From an uncultured Saprospiraceae bacterium (lineage in GTDB: Bacteria; Bacteroidota; Bacteroidia; Chitinophagales; Saprospiraceae): 39,350 nucleotides of DNA. A program made the position numbers and the translations under genes. Shown here piece by piece: positions 8,611 to 17,055 of the stretch. The DNA is taken from NCBI GenBank assembly GCA_964504335.1, contig CAZDET010000038.1, forward strand, positions 8,930 through 48,279, written 5' to 3'. Position 1 is the stretch's first letter, and every line of letters starts with the position of its first letter. A model generated the notes under the pieces. That model saw nothing but the letters and a program-made list of their open reading frames with translations. It ran no database searches and had not been told where the DNA came from.

Positions 8611-10842
8611 CTAGATGTTCAGCCAATAGGTCACTTTCGCTACTAGTGCCCGGTTCTTCACCCCGAATTCTTCGGTGCCGTAATTATCGGTGTAGACGAG
8701 GAAGAAATCCGATACCGGCGCAAAGCGCCACTGGAGGCGGGCGTTGATGTTGAGGTTGTCGATCTGATCGTTGTACTGCAGGAAGGTCGTTAGGAAGATG
8801 CTCCGCGAGAAGGTCAGGTCGATCCGCGGCCCGATGAGGAAAATGCCCGTGCTGGCGTGGGGCTCGGGTAGATCGATGTAGGTATAATCGACGTTAAGGG
8901 TTATCTGACCGAAGGGTTGGTAGCGGTAGGTCAATTCGAGGCCCGTCCCGTAGCGATTACCGCTAAAGAACTCTCCGATGCGGCCGTCAACTCGGTAACT
9001 AAAGGCAGGTCGGGGGTCGCTGCGGTAGAAGAAGCTCGCACTGGAATAATTGTAGCCCCGCCGACCGGGAAGCGGCACGGCCTCGTCCGAGCGGGTAGGG
9101 TCAAAGTCTTCCAGCAGGAAAGTATATTCGTTGCGCAGCCCGATCCACATCCCTCCCTGATTGGCCAGGTTAAAATCCCAGAAAAGCGTTGTTGCCTGAT
9201 CCGTGCGCCCCTCGCCGGGCGTCCAAAGAATTTGAGTCCGCAGGCCCGGCCCGTGCTGATTGAACGGACCGTTGGTATCGTAGAAGAAGTACCGAAACTC
9301 CGGATTAATAGTGAAATAATTAACCCGCGGCACGAATCCTACCTCCGCGTTGAAGCCTTCGCCCACGTAGGCGTGTGAGTAACTGGCAGCAAATTTGCGC
9401 TTGCGGTGCTCCAGGCTGACCCCGTGCGCGAACGGCGTTGATTCCTGCTCGGGCGAGAAGGAATATTGGAAGAACGTCTTCCCTGTCCAGGCATTATCGG
9501 GAGTAGCCAGGTTGTAGTCGAAGCCGAGTACGCGGTTGTACTCGGAAAATTCCGACAGCGTATCGGAGAAGGTATTTGAAAAGGTTTCTTTGTTGACGGC
9601 GATCAGCCCGATATTCGACCGCACGCCCACTTTTCGCTGTAATGCAGCCACGGTGTAGTTGTAGCTCGGCAACCCTTGGTTATCGTTTTTATCGGCCTGC
9701 ATATTCAGCAACCCGATGCGCCAGTTGTTGTCGAGTTTTCCACTTAGGCGGGCGCCGTAAAAAATAGAATTCTGAATGGCTTCGCCCGTACTCGTATCGC
9801 GGGTCACGCCGATGCGTCGGGAGAAGAAGGGATTGATGTCATCAAAACCGAACCGACTAAACAGGTCCGCATTTTCTAGGAAGAACTGCCGCCGCTCGGG
9901 GAAAAAGAGTTCGAATCGTGTGAGATTCACCTGCTGCCGATCGACTTCCACCTGACTAAAGTCCGGATTGACGGTCAGGTCGAGGTTGAGCCCGGAGGTG
10001 ACCTGTATTTTAGCATCGGCTCCCACGTTGCCGCTCCAATCGTTGGGGAGCCCTTCTTCGAAATCGCGCTGTACGCTACCTGTCAAGTAGGGAATAATGG
10101 TCAACGGAGCTCCTTTCACCACCGGCGGTTCCTCCCAAAACATGCGCCCCATATAGGCCAGTGACATGATAGGCTGATTGCGGGGGATGCGGTTCCAACT
10201 GGTGCGGGTATTCGACTGCGTATCGAATCGATAAGAGTTGAAGTACCACTCCTGCTGGTCGGCCGGAAACCGCAGAGTGCTGAGCGGGATGGCCAATTCG
10301 CACGACCAGTAGCCGTCAAATATTTTAGAGTCCCCGCGCCACTTGTTATCCCACTCTTCCCGAAAATCTCCCCCATCCCGGCCGCCATTCGAAATAAGCG
10401 CCTCGCGGGAAACGCCGTAGGGATTCATCCCGAATACAAAGGCGTTGGTACGATCCCGAAACGGGTCTAAAACGAAGGTGATGTTGTCGTTTCCTCCGGC
10501 CCGGTAGTCGCGCCGTAGGCTGGGAGTAACGTACTCCTTCCCCGACGAATAGCACTTGGCGGCGATATAGAGAAACTGGTCATCTGCGGCCATGAAAATT
10601 TCCGTCTGGAAGTCTGCCTGGACGGTATCTCTCGGAAAATTTTCCCAGAAATTGGTAGCCGGCTTGCCGGCAAACCAGGTTGCCTCTTCTACGACCCCAT
10701 CAATTTTGATGGGCTCGGAAACACGGACCACGGTGGCCTCGGGAAAATCGGAGATCAGCTGGTCCATAGCCATCTGTGCCGTTGCGGCAGCGGTCGATAG
10801 CAAGATGATAAGTAGCGAGAGTATTGGTCTTTGGTCATGCAT
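8611..10842 (-). CDS. CBM9-like/DUF5916 domain outer-membrane protein
   Basis: 743 aa with a signal peptide. The N-terminal ~180 aa resemble the carbohydrate-binding family 9-like domain. The rest is a long Gly/Tyr/Phe-rich, beta-strand-like region as in the DUF5916 family. A TAatTTTG -7 motif sits about 70 nt upstream on the minus strand. Confidence 0.55.
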   Translation of the reverse strand: MHDQRPILSLLIILLSTAAATAQMAMDQLISDFPEATVVRVSEPIKIDGVVEEATWFAGKPATNFWENFPRDTVQADFQTEIFMAADDQFLYIAAKCYSSGKEYVTPSLRRDYRAGGNDNITFVLDPFRDRTNAFVFGMNPYGVSREALISNGGRDGGDFREEWDNKWRGDSKIFDGYWSCELAIPLSTLRFPADQQEWYFNSYRFDTQSNTRTSWNRIPRNQPIMSLAYMGRMFWEEPPVVKGAPLTIIPYLTGSVQRDFEEGLPNDWSGNVGADAKIQVTSGLNLDLTVNPDFSQVEVDRQQVNLTRFELFFPERRQFFLENADLFSRFGFDDINPFFSRRIGVTRDTSTGEAIQNSIFYGARLSGKLDNNWRIGLLNMQADKNDNQGLPSYNYTVAALQRKVGVRSNIGLIAVNKETFSNTFSDTLSEFSEYNRVLGFDYNLATPDNAWTGKTFFQYSFSPEQESTPFAHGVSLEHRKRKFAASYSHAYVGEGFNAEVGFVPRVNYFTINPEFRYFFYDTNGPFNQHGPGLRTQILWTPGEGRTDQATTLFWDFNLANQGGMWIGLRNEYTFLLEDFDPTRSDEAVPLPGRRGYNYSSASFFYRSDPRPAFSYRVDGRIGEFFSGNRYGTGLELTYRYQPFGQITLNVDYTYIDLPEPHASTGIFLIGPRIDLTFSRSIFLTTFLQYNDQIDNLNINARLQWRFAPVSDFFLVYTDNYGTEEFGVKNRALVAKVTYWLNI

Positions 10843-10910
10843 GAGAACGGGGCCTCTATTCGTGGATAGTTACACTGAGTTGCTCGGGGACGATCGACAG
10901 AAAAACGATA

Positions 10911-10918
10911 CAAAATTA
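10911..10918 (-). promoter_or_regulatory. TAatTTTG -7 box match (minus strand) upstream of the CBM9/DUF5916 gene
   Basis: Reverse complement of caaaatta. About 70 nt upstream of the start codon at 10842. Confidence 0.2.
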
Positions 10919-11017
10919 GGTAATCTTGCCGTCAGAACACGCTGAAATCGAATCTGTTTAGGTTTCATTAAGAGTTACTACCGAGCGCGTTAAGGACGCG
11001 CTGCCCCCAACGGGCGA

Positions 11018-11048
11018 AAGGCCAGGCAACCTTACGTTGCCTGGCCTT
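11018..11048 (-). terminator. perfect 13-bp stem / 5-nt loop hairpin downstream of rpsU (U-tract-less terminator candidate)
   Basis: aaggccaggcaac-cttac-gttgcctggcctt lies 32 nt beyond the rpsU stop. A second 6-bp hairpin, agcgcg-ttaagga-cgcgct, follows at 10985-11003. Confidence 0.35.
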
Positions 11049-11079
11049 CCACGTTCGATAACAGGTGAGCATGTAGATG

Positions 11080-11274
11080 TTACATATCCCGCATCTTTTG
11101 AGCGCGATAGGCTGCTTTTAACCGTTCCGTTCGTCGTTCTATTGACGGCTTGGTGAAGTGTTTCCGTTTCCGCAATTCTTTCAGTGTTTGAGAATTGAGG
11201 AACTTTCGCTTGTACCGCTTCAGTGCGCGATCGATGTTTTCGTTGTCTTTAACATCTACAATCAGCATAGGCAA
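11080..11274 (-). CDS. rpsU: 30S ribosomal protein S21
   Basis: 64-aa basic protein (MPMLIVDVKDNENIDRALKRYKRK...KHFTKPSIERR...) matching bacterial S21. Confidence 0.9.
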   Translation of the reverse strand: MPMLIVDVKDNENIDRALKRYKRKFLNSQTLKELRKRKHFTKPSIERRTERLKAAYRAQKMRDM

Positions 11275-11289
11275 ATATTTGTGGTTGAA

Positions 11290-11679
11290 TTAAAGTTTAA
11301 TGACTTCTGCCTGAATCGGATACTTGTTGAGTAGTCGACTCGTAAAGGCAAAGTGCCCGCGGGGCACGATGAGAAATAACTTCCCGTTTTTGAACTTGGC
11401 CATATTGGAGAGCAGTTTCCACTTGGTCACTACCGGTCGAACCTTGTCTGTTTTCAGCGCGAGCTCGAAGTAGCTTTTACGGCCATTCAATACGCCAGTG
11501 ATATCCGGGATAAACGCCTCATCGTCCTCACCCGCCCGGCTGAGCTTGGATGGAGTATCGTAATCTTCCAGATTCGCCCGAATGTCTTTGTACCCCCGTG
11601 GGCTGACGATCTTGTCTACTACTTCGCGAATCAATTCAGATCCTTTTTGCTGTTCGACGGTAAGGATACCTTCTTCCAT
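11290..11679 (-). CDS. hypothetical protein (unrecognised family), co-directional with rpsU
   Basis: 129-aa ORF whose stop lies 15 bp upstream of the rpsU start. No signal peptide and no motif I recognise. Confidence 0.45.
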   Translation of the reverse strand: MEEGILTVEQQKGSELIREVVDKIVSPRGYKDIRANLEDYDTPSKLSRAGEDDEAFIPDITGVLNGRKSYFELALKTDKVRPVVTKWKLLSNMAKFKNGKLFLIVPRGHFAFTSRLLNKYPIQAEVIKL

Positions 11680-11953
11680 AGTGGAATCACTTTTTTACGG
11701 TTAGTAATAAATAGTCGAGAATTAAGACTCCATTACACAGTGAGGAAGCGCATTTGAAATACTACTGTAAAACACGCAATTATCTCCCGGATAAGTAGGG
11801 CGTACCGGCGCGACGAGAGAAAGCCGCAACTGGAGATAATACCAATGGAGGGAATATCCCGTAACTACTGATTAATAATTAAACAATGCGAAGACTCGTA
11901 TTGTTTTCTACGATTCTTTTTAGCAGCTATTCTGAAAGTGGCCCTATCGTGCA

Positions 11954-14900
11954 TTACCTGAGCACCGCCACGTCACCGCTGTACTGAACGATTTCTCCGT
12001 CGATAAACAGGACCTCAAATACGTAGACGTACACTCCCGGGTTGACCGGTTCGCCGTTGAAGTTGCCATCCCACCCCAGGTCGGGCGTATTGGCGGCGAT
12101 GCCTTCGGTTTCCCACATCAAATTCCCCCAGCGGTCGAACACCTGGAAGCGTTCGATGCGATCCACGGATGGCCCGCCAAAGAGGGTGAAGCCGTCGTTG
12201 CGGTCGTCGAAATTCGGGCTAAACGCATTTGGTATGAATACCGGACGGTCTTTGGCTACGGTGAGCAGTACAACATCCGTCGCTACGCAACCATTTTCGT
12301 TGACCACCACCACCTGATACTCCGTATTTTCCAGCGGGCGCACCAGGATGCGGCTGCAATCAGGCGTCAGGCACTCCAGCGAGTCGGGCGACCAGGCGAA
12401 GGTCGAGCCGGGATAGTTGGACACCGCGTTGAGGGTCGTATCAAAACCAAGGATGATGGAGGCATCCATACCGGCATCGACCAACAGTTCATCGGGCTCT
12501 TCCACTGTGGCGGTCGCACTGACGGTACAGCCTCCCACATCGCGAATCAGGATCTCGTACGTGCCCGCCGGCAATTGCCCGATGATCGATTCCGACTGGA
12601 AGTTGATGCCGTCGATACTATAAGTATAAGGAGGTGTTCCGCCCTGAGCAATGGCTTCAATGCTGCCGTTGGCATCGCCGAAGCAAAGGTTATCCGTTAC
12701 GTTTCCGATTGCGGCACCGATGCTTTCCGGCTCGATGATGGACGTATCGCTCTCCAGGAGGCAATTATTTGCATCTGTCACAGTTAGGAAGTAATCGCCG
12801 GCAGGGAGGTTATCGATGGCAGCAGTATTCTGCCCCGAATTCCATTGGTATTGATATGGCCCCGTACCGCCCGCCACGATCGCTTCAATGCTGCCGTTGG
12901 TTTCGCTGGAACAACGGATGTCTTCCGTTAGAAATAGCAAATCCAGCGCTTCCGGCTCGCCAACCTCAATCTCGAAGAAGCCCTCACATAGATTGGCATC
13001 TACTGTTTCCACCCGGTACGTTCCGGCGGGAATGCCACTGAGCGTGGGGCTAGTCTGGAATTCTGTATCGTTAAAGTTATACCGATAGGGTGGTTGGCCG
13101 TTGCCAATAGCAATCTGAATGCTCCCATCCGAGAACCCAAAGCAAGAAGGCGGATCGACGATCTGCGCGAACGGATCGAGTATTAACTGCAATTCATTCA
13201 GTTGGAAATCCAGGGAGGTTTCACACCCATTTGCATCTTGAACAACCACATCGTGCGACCCCTGGCCGAGGTTAGTCCGTTGGTTTTGCGGCTGGAAACC
13301 AGCATTGTTCCAGTTGTACTGATAGGGAGCCGTTCCGCCCGTTACCTCCAGGGTAATCGCCCCGTCCATTCCCCCATCACAGGTAGGCAAGACAAAGGAC
13401 GTATCGAAATCAAAGGGCTCGGGGCCTTCAATCGTGAAGACGAAAGAGTCTCTGCAAGTAGAAGCATCTTCGAGGATGACCTGATAGTCGCCTATTCCCA
13501 GCCCGAAGATATCCTCCGTGGTGGTACCAACGCTCCATTCGTAACGAATGGGCCCGAACAGACTACTGGCCGTCAGGTCGATTTGCCCGGAGCTATCGTT
13601 GGGGCATTGTAGAGGAGAGGTCACAGCACTAGCGGTGTAGTAATCCGGGCAGCAGATGGCGTCCACCTGCTTAAGTTCCGTTACCAGGCAGCCGCGATCA
13701 GTTTCCACTTCGAGGGTGACGGATTGCGTGCCTGCCTGGGTGAAGCGCACCTGATGAGGTCCCTGCCCGGTAGCAGTCATGGGCTCGGCGTTTGGGCCAA
13801 AGTTCCAGCGATAGTCCGTGATGGTGCCTACAAAGGAGGAGGCATCCGAAAAACTCATGGTTTCACCCACGCATACTTCCTGAACGCTAGTCGTGAAATC
13901 GGCCTGGGGGCCCTCAAACGTACCGCTCCCCCCGAATTCGATGGAAAAACCACTCCCGGACGAGCTGAAGTTGAGAATGACCAGGGCATAGCTTCTTCCT
14001 TCCTCCATTTCGATGGCACTTGCGAAGTTGTTATCGCCCGTCTGACAGCCGCAGGATTCCGACTGATCGGGGTCGGCTTCGCTCAAACCCGTCGCTCCCG
14101 TACAGGGGAACCATTCCGAAAAGGGGGCCCCGACGTTCTCTCCGGAAGCCATACAACGCAGATCCTGTTTACTGCCACAATCATCGATGCCGTTCGGCAA
14201 TTCGTAAAGCACAAAGTCGAGGTCGTCGTCCGGATTCAGCGGGGTGATCCGGAAAGTCAGGCTACCCGGCTGGTCGCAGGTCCACTTATACCAGGCTGAA
14301 TTTTGTTCCTGCACGCGGCAGCCTCCCACGTTGCAACTTACATCCCCGATTTCGTTGCGCAGGCTCCCCGAACCCGATAAAAAGGGGACGGAAAACGAAG
14401 ATTTATCACAAAGCACCACCCCAGAGTCGCAATCACCCGAAGGAGTAGGTGGTTGGTTGAAGTTACGCACGCACAGCTGAAACGTACCCGCGTCACCGTC
14501 TCGGCCACTGACGCTGATGTAGTAGCGCTGGCCTACCATCAATCCGGTGATGATAGCGTTGGTTTCGTCGCGCCCCCGATTGTCCGAGCTGCATCGATTA
14601 TCATCAGACATCGGGTTGCTGCAGCCGCCCTCGTAGAGAACAAATTGGGGGGTGCGCAACGTACCCTGCGTGTTGTTTGCCACCTGCCCCGTCACGGAAA
14701 TCGCCACCGCATTCGCCTGGGCGATGAAGGAAAACCAAACGTCGCGAACCGGCTCACCATCCCTCGGTATGCACGTAGGGTAGGCATCCTCCGCAAGCGA
14801 CTGGGTGGCTCCGATATTGCTAAATTCGCCCGCAGCCGAACAGTAATTGCTTACATCGGCCAACTCAATCGCTCCTACACAATCATCGTTAGATTGTGCC

Positions 14901-14956
14901 CGGAGGGCAGTAATGCAGAACAGACAGAAAAGGGATACGACTAAAGCTTTTCTCAT
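11954..14956 (-). CDS. T9SS type-B C-terminal sorting-domain cargo with PKD domain and SprB repeats
   Basis: 1000 aa with a signal peptide. Two Cys-rich N-terminal modules. A PKD-like module (...DYRWNFGPNA...). At least four SprB-type repeats (GGTAPYQYNWNN, GGTGPYQYQWNSG, GGTPPYTYSIDG). C-terminal gliding-motility-associated / T9SS type-B sorting domain (...FIPNAFSPNFDDRNDGFTLFG...FDRWGNLMWE...). Confidence 0.85.
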   Translation of the reverse strand: MRKALVVSLFCLFCITALRAQSNDDCVGAIELADVSNYCSAAGEFSNIGATQSLAEDAYPTCIPRDGEPVRDVWFSFIAQANAVAISVTGQVANNTQGTLRTPQFVLYEGGCSNPMSDDNRCSSDNRGRDETNAIITGLMVGQRYYISVSGRDGDAGTFQLCVRNFNQPPTPSGDCDSGVVLCDKSSFSVPFLSGSGSLRNEIGDVSCNVGGCRVQEQNSAWYKWTCDQPGSLTFRITPLNPDDDLDFVLYELPNGIDDCGSKQDLRCMASGENVGAPFSEWFPCTGATGLSEADPDQSESCGCQTGDNNFASAIEMEEGRSYALVILNFSSSGSGFSIEFGGSGTFEGPQADFTTSVQEVCVGETMSFSDASSFVGTITDYRWNFGPNAEPMTATGQGPHQVRFTQAGTQSVTLEVETDRGCLVTELKQVDAICCPDYYTASAVTSPLQCPNDSSGQIDLTASSLFGPIRYEWSVGTTTEDIFGLGIGDYQVILEDASTCRDSFVFTIEGPEPFDFDTSFVLPTCDGGMDGAITLEVTGGTAPYQYNWNNAGFQPQNQRTNLGQGSHDVVVQDANGCETSLDFQLNELQLILDPFAQIVDPPSCFGFSDGSIQIAIGNGQPPYRYNFNDTEFQTSPTLSGIPAGTYRVETVDANLCEGFFEIEVGEPEALDLLFLTEDIRCSSETNGSIEAIVAGGTGPYQYQWNSGQNTAAIDNLPAGDYFLTVTDANNCLLESDTSIIEPESIGAAIGNVTDNLCFGDANGSIEAIAQGGTPPYTYSIDGINFQSESIIGQLPAGTYEILIRDVGGCTVSATATVEEPDELLVDAGMDASIILGFDTTLNAVSNYPGSTFAWSPDSLECLTPDCSRILVRPLENTEYQVVVVNENGCVATDVVLLTVAKDRPVFIPNAFSPNFDDRNDGFTLFGGPSVDRIERFQVFDRWGNLMWETEGIAANTPDLGWDGNFNGEPVNPGVYVYVFEVLFIDGEIVQYSGDVAVLR

Positions 14957-15037
14957 GATCGGATTGTTGGGGGAGGGGGTAATTGTGTAATTCAGCGGCT
15001 TAATAGTTAATTAACCGATTAAGGCAATTACAGATTG

Positions 15038-15045
15038 CAAAAATA
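15038..15045 (-). promoter_or_regulatory. TAttTTTG -7 box match (minus strand) upstream of the T9SS cargo gene
   Basis: Reverse complement of caaaaata. About 80 nt upstream of the start codon at 14956. Confidence 0.2.
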
Positions 15046-15220
15046 AAGTCGTTCAACTGTCATGGACCAGGCTTTAAAAAACCTTTAACGATCCATCGTT
15101 CATATAGCAAGTAAAAAGGTGGAGTGTTATTCTCCCCGAAAGGGTTGGGGCAAGTTGGGCCGAAATATGTGCGGATCAGTTAGTGGAGCATACCTGAATC
15201 CTCTGTAAAGATAATGATTT

Positions 15221-15922
15221 ATGAAAAATTGGATTCCCAATTCCATTACCTTGCTCAACTTGTTCTGTGGCACGACGGCTATCATCGCCCTGCTCGACGA
15301 GCAGTTGTTGCTGGGTGCAGCCCTGTTGCTCGCCGCTGCCGTGGCTGACTTTTTCGACGGTCTGGTAGCCCGTCTGCTGCGAGTGGCCGGTCCGATGGGC
15401 AAGGAATTGGATAGTCTGGCCGACATGGTCTCCTTCGGGGTAGCGCCCGGTATTATTCTTTATGCCATTTATCGGCAGGGCCTGGGCGTACCTGCTTTGC
15501 TAATCTGGAGCGGCCTTCCGCTGTTGATTGTCGCTCTGTTTTCGGCCATTCGACTGGCCAAATTTAATCTGGACGACCGTCAGACCGACTCCTTTATCGG
15601 GCTTCCTACTCCCGCGGCCACCCTGTTTGTCGTCGGCTTACTCCTCATATACGAACAGGATTCTTTCGGCCTGGGTCGGTTCATCCAGCAGCCTGCGGTG
15701 TTGTTTGCTTCGGCCATCACCTTATCCGCCCTTTTAGTGGCGGAACTCCCGATGTTTAGCCTCAAATTCAAGCATTTCCGCTGGCAGGGCAATCAAATCC
15801 GCTATATCTTCGCGGCCATCGCTCTCCTGTTTGGTCTGCTACTGCAGGAAGCGGCTATCGCCCCCCTATTACTGGTTTATATCGTTATAAACCTGATAAG
15901 GTCCATGAATTCCCAAATGTAG
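15221..15922 (+). CDS. pssA: CDP-diacylglycerol--serine O-phosphatidyltransferase
   Basis: 233-aa membrane protein with the CDP-alcohol phosphatidyltransferase motif D-x2-D-G-x2-A-R...G-x3-D-x3-D (DFFDGLVARLL...GKELDSLADMV). Confidence 0.85.
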   Translation: MKNWIPNSITLLNLFCGTTAIIALLDEQLLLGAALLLAAAVADFFDGLVARLLRVAGPMGKELDSLADMVSFGVAPGIILYAIYRQGLGVPALLIWSGLPLLIVALFSAIRLAKFNLDDRQTDSFIGLPTPAATLFVVGLLLIYEQDSFGLGRFIQQPAVLFASAITLSALLVAELPMFSLKFKHFRWQGNQIRYIFAAIALLFGLLLQEAAIAPLLLVYIVINLIRSMNSQM

Positions 15923-15955
15923 ATTCCCCTCACTCTTAAAAAGTCACGTAACGAC

Positions 15956-16213
15956 ATGAAATATCAAGCCCACATCACCATTATGCCCCTCAAAGAACTC
16001 CTCGATCCACAGGGGAAAACCGTGCAGAACAATTTACCCAACCTGGATATCCACGGAGTGGAGGATGTGCGCATCGGCAAGCACGTAGTGATGCGCCTGG
16101 AAGCACCGGACGAAACGACCGCCCGGGAGCGCGTCGACACGGCCTGCCGGAAACTGCTCGCCAATCTGATCATGGAGTCGTATTCGTTTGAGCTTTCCGA
16201 GATCGACGGTTGA
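15956..16213 (+). CDS. purS: phosphoribosylformylglycinamidine synthase subunit PurS
   Basis: 85 aa of typical PurS length and pattern (...LDPQG...V...LEAPDE...AR...VD..AC.KLLAN.I.E.Y.FEL.E). Confidence 0.8.
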   Translation: MKYQAHITIMPLKELLDPQGKTVQNNLPNLDIHGVEDVRIGKHVVMRLEAPDETTARERVDTACRKLLANLIMESYSFELSEIDG

Positions 16214-16282
16214 AGGAAAGGCTTTAATAAAGATTAAGAGAGAGCCGACTGGCTCCTCAGTTAACGCATTAACTGATTCGTA

Positions 16283-16957
16283 TTGCTGTACCTCGTACCC
16301 ACTCCTATCGGCAACCTGGAAGACCTGACCTTCCGGGCGTTGCGCATCCTGAAGGAAGTGGACCTGGTATTGGCGGAAGATACCCGCACCACGAAGCGCC
16401 TGTTTAGCCACTACGAAATAGCCACGCCACTCCGTTCCTTCCACGCGCACAACGAACACCGCACCGTAGCGGCCATTGTCGAACAATTGCAAGGCGGTGC
16501 CACCTATGCGCTGGTTTCGGATGCCGGAACACCCGGTATCAGCGACCCGGGTTTCTTGCTGGTGCGCGCCTGCCGGGAGGCGGAGGTACCGGTGGTGTGT
16601 CTGCCCGGAGCCACGGCCTTCGTGCCCGCCCTGGTGGCGAGTGGGCTGCCCTGCGACCGCTTTCATTTCGAAGGATTCCTCCCCCAAAAAAAGGGGCGCC
16701 AGACGCGCCTTGCGCTGCTTACCGAACTCCCCCACACGTTTGTACTATACGAAAGCCCCTACCGGCTCATCAAGGCCCTCGATCAGTTGATCGAGCACTG
16801 CGGCCCCGATCGCCCCGCTTGCGTAGCGCGGGAACTGACGAAAGTCTTCGAAGAAGTGAAAACGGCGCCACTCTCCGAATTGCGGACCTACTTTGGGGAT
16901 GGAGAAGGCGTGGTGAAGGGAGAGATCGTCATCGTCGTCGGCGGGAAACAACTGTAG
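16283..16957 (+). CDS. rsmI: 16S rRNA (cytidine1402-2'-O)-methyltransferase
   Basis: 224 aa. N-terminal LYLVPTPIGNLEDLTFRALRIL...VDLVLAEDTRTTKRLL is the hallmark of the RsmI tetrapyrrole-methylase family. Confidence 0.85.
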   Translation: MLYLVPTPIGNLEDLTFRALRILKEVDLVLAEDTRTTKRLFSHYEIATPLRSFHAHNEHRTVAAIVEQLQGGATYALVSDAGTPGISDPGFLLVRACREAEVPVVCLPGATAFVPALVASGLPCDRFHFEGFLPQKKGRQTRLALLTELPHTFVLYESPYRLIKALDQLIEHCGPDRPACVARELTKVFEEVKTAPLSELRTYFGDGEGVVKGEIVIVVGGKQL

Positions 16958-16979
16958 CCCCCAACAAATGAATAAGAAT

Positions 16980-17048
16980 GCGTTTAAGCGTTTAGACGTT
17001 TATGAAAAGCAGGATGCCACTGCACTAAACGCCTAAACGCCTAAACGT
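16980..17048. repeat. palindromic element built from tandem 8-bp units (cgtttaRg / taaacgcc), 23-nt arms, 23-nt spacer
   Basis: Left arm gcgtttaagcgtttagacgttta. Right arm taaacgcctaaacgcctaaacgt. 20 of 23 positions are complementary. Each arm is about 2.7 copies of an 8-mer. Lies in the 98-bp convergent gap between rsmI and amidohydrolase-1. Confidence 0.6.
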
Positions 17049-17055
17049 ATTTATT

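Noticed and set aside
16980-17048. Possibility that the short tandem 8-bp repeats represent a CRISPR array.
   Set aside because: Units are 8 bp with no spacers, and only about 2.7 copies per arm arranged as an inverted pair. No cas genes nearby.
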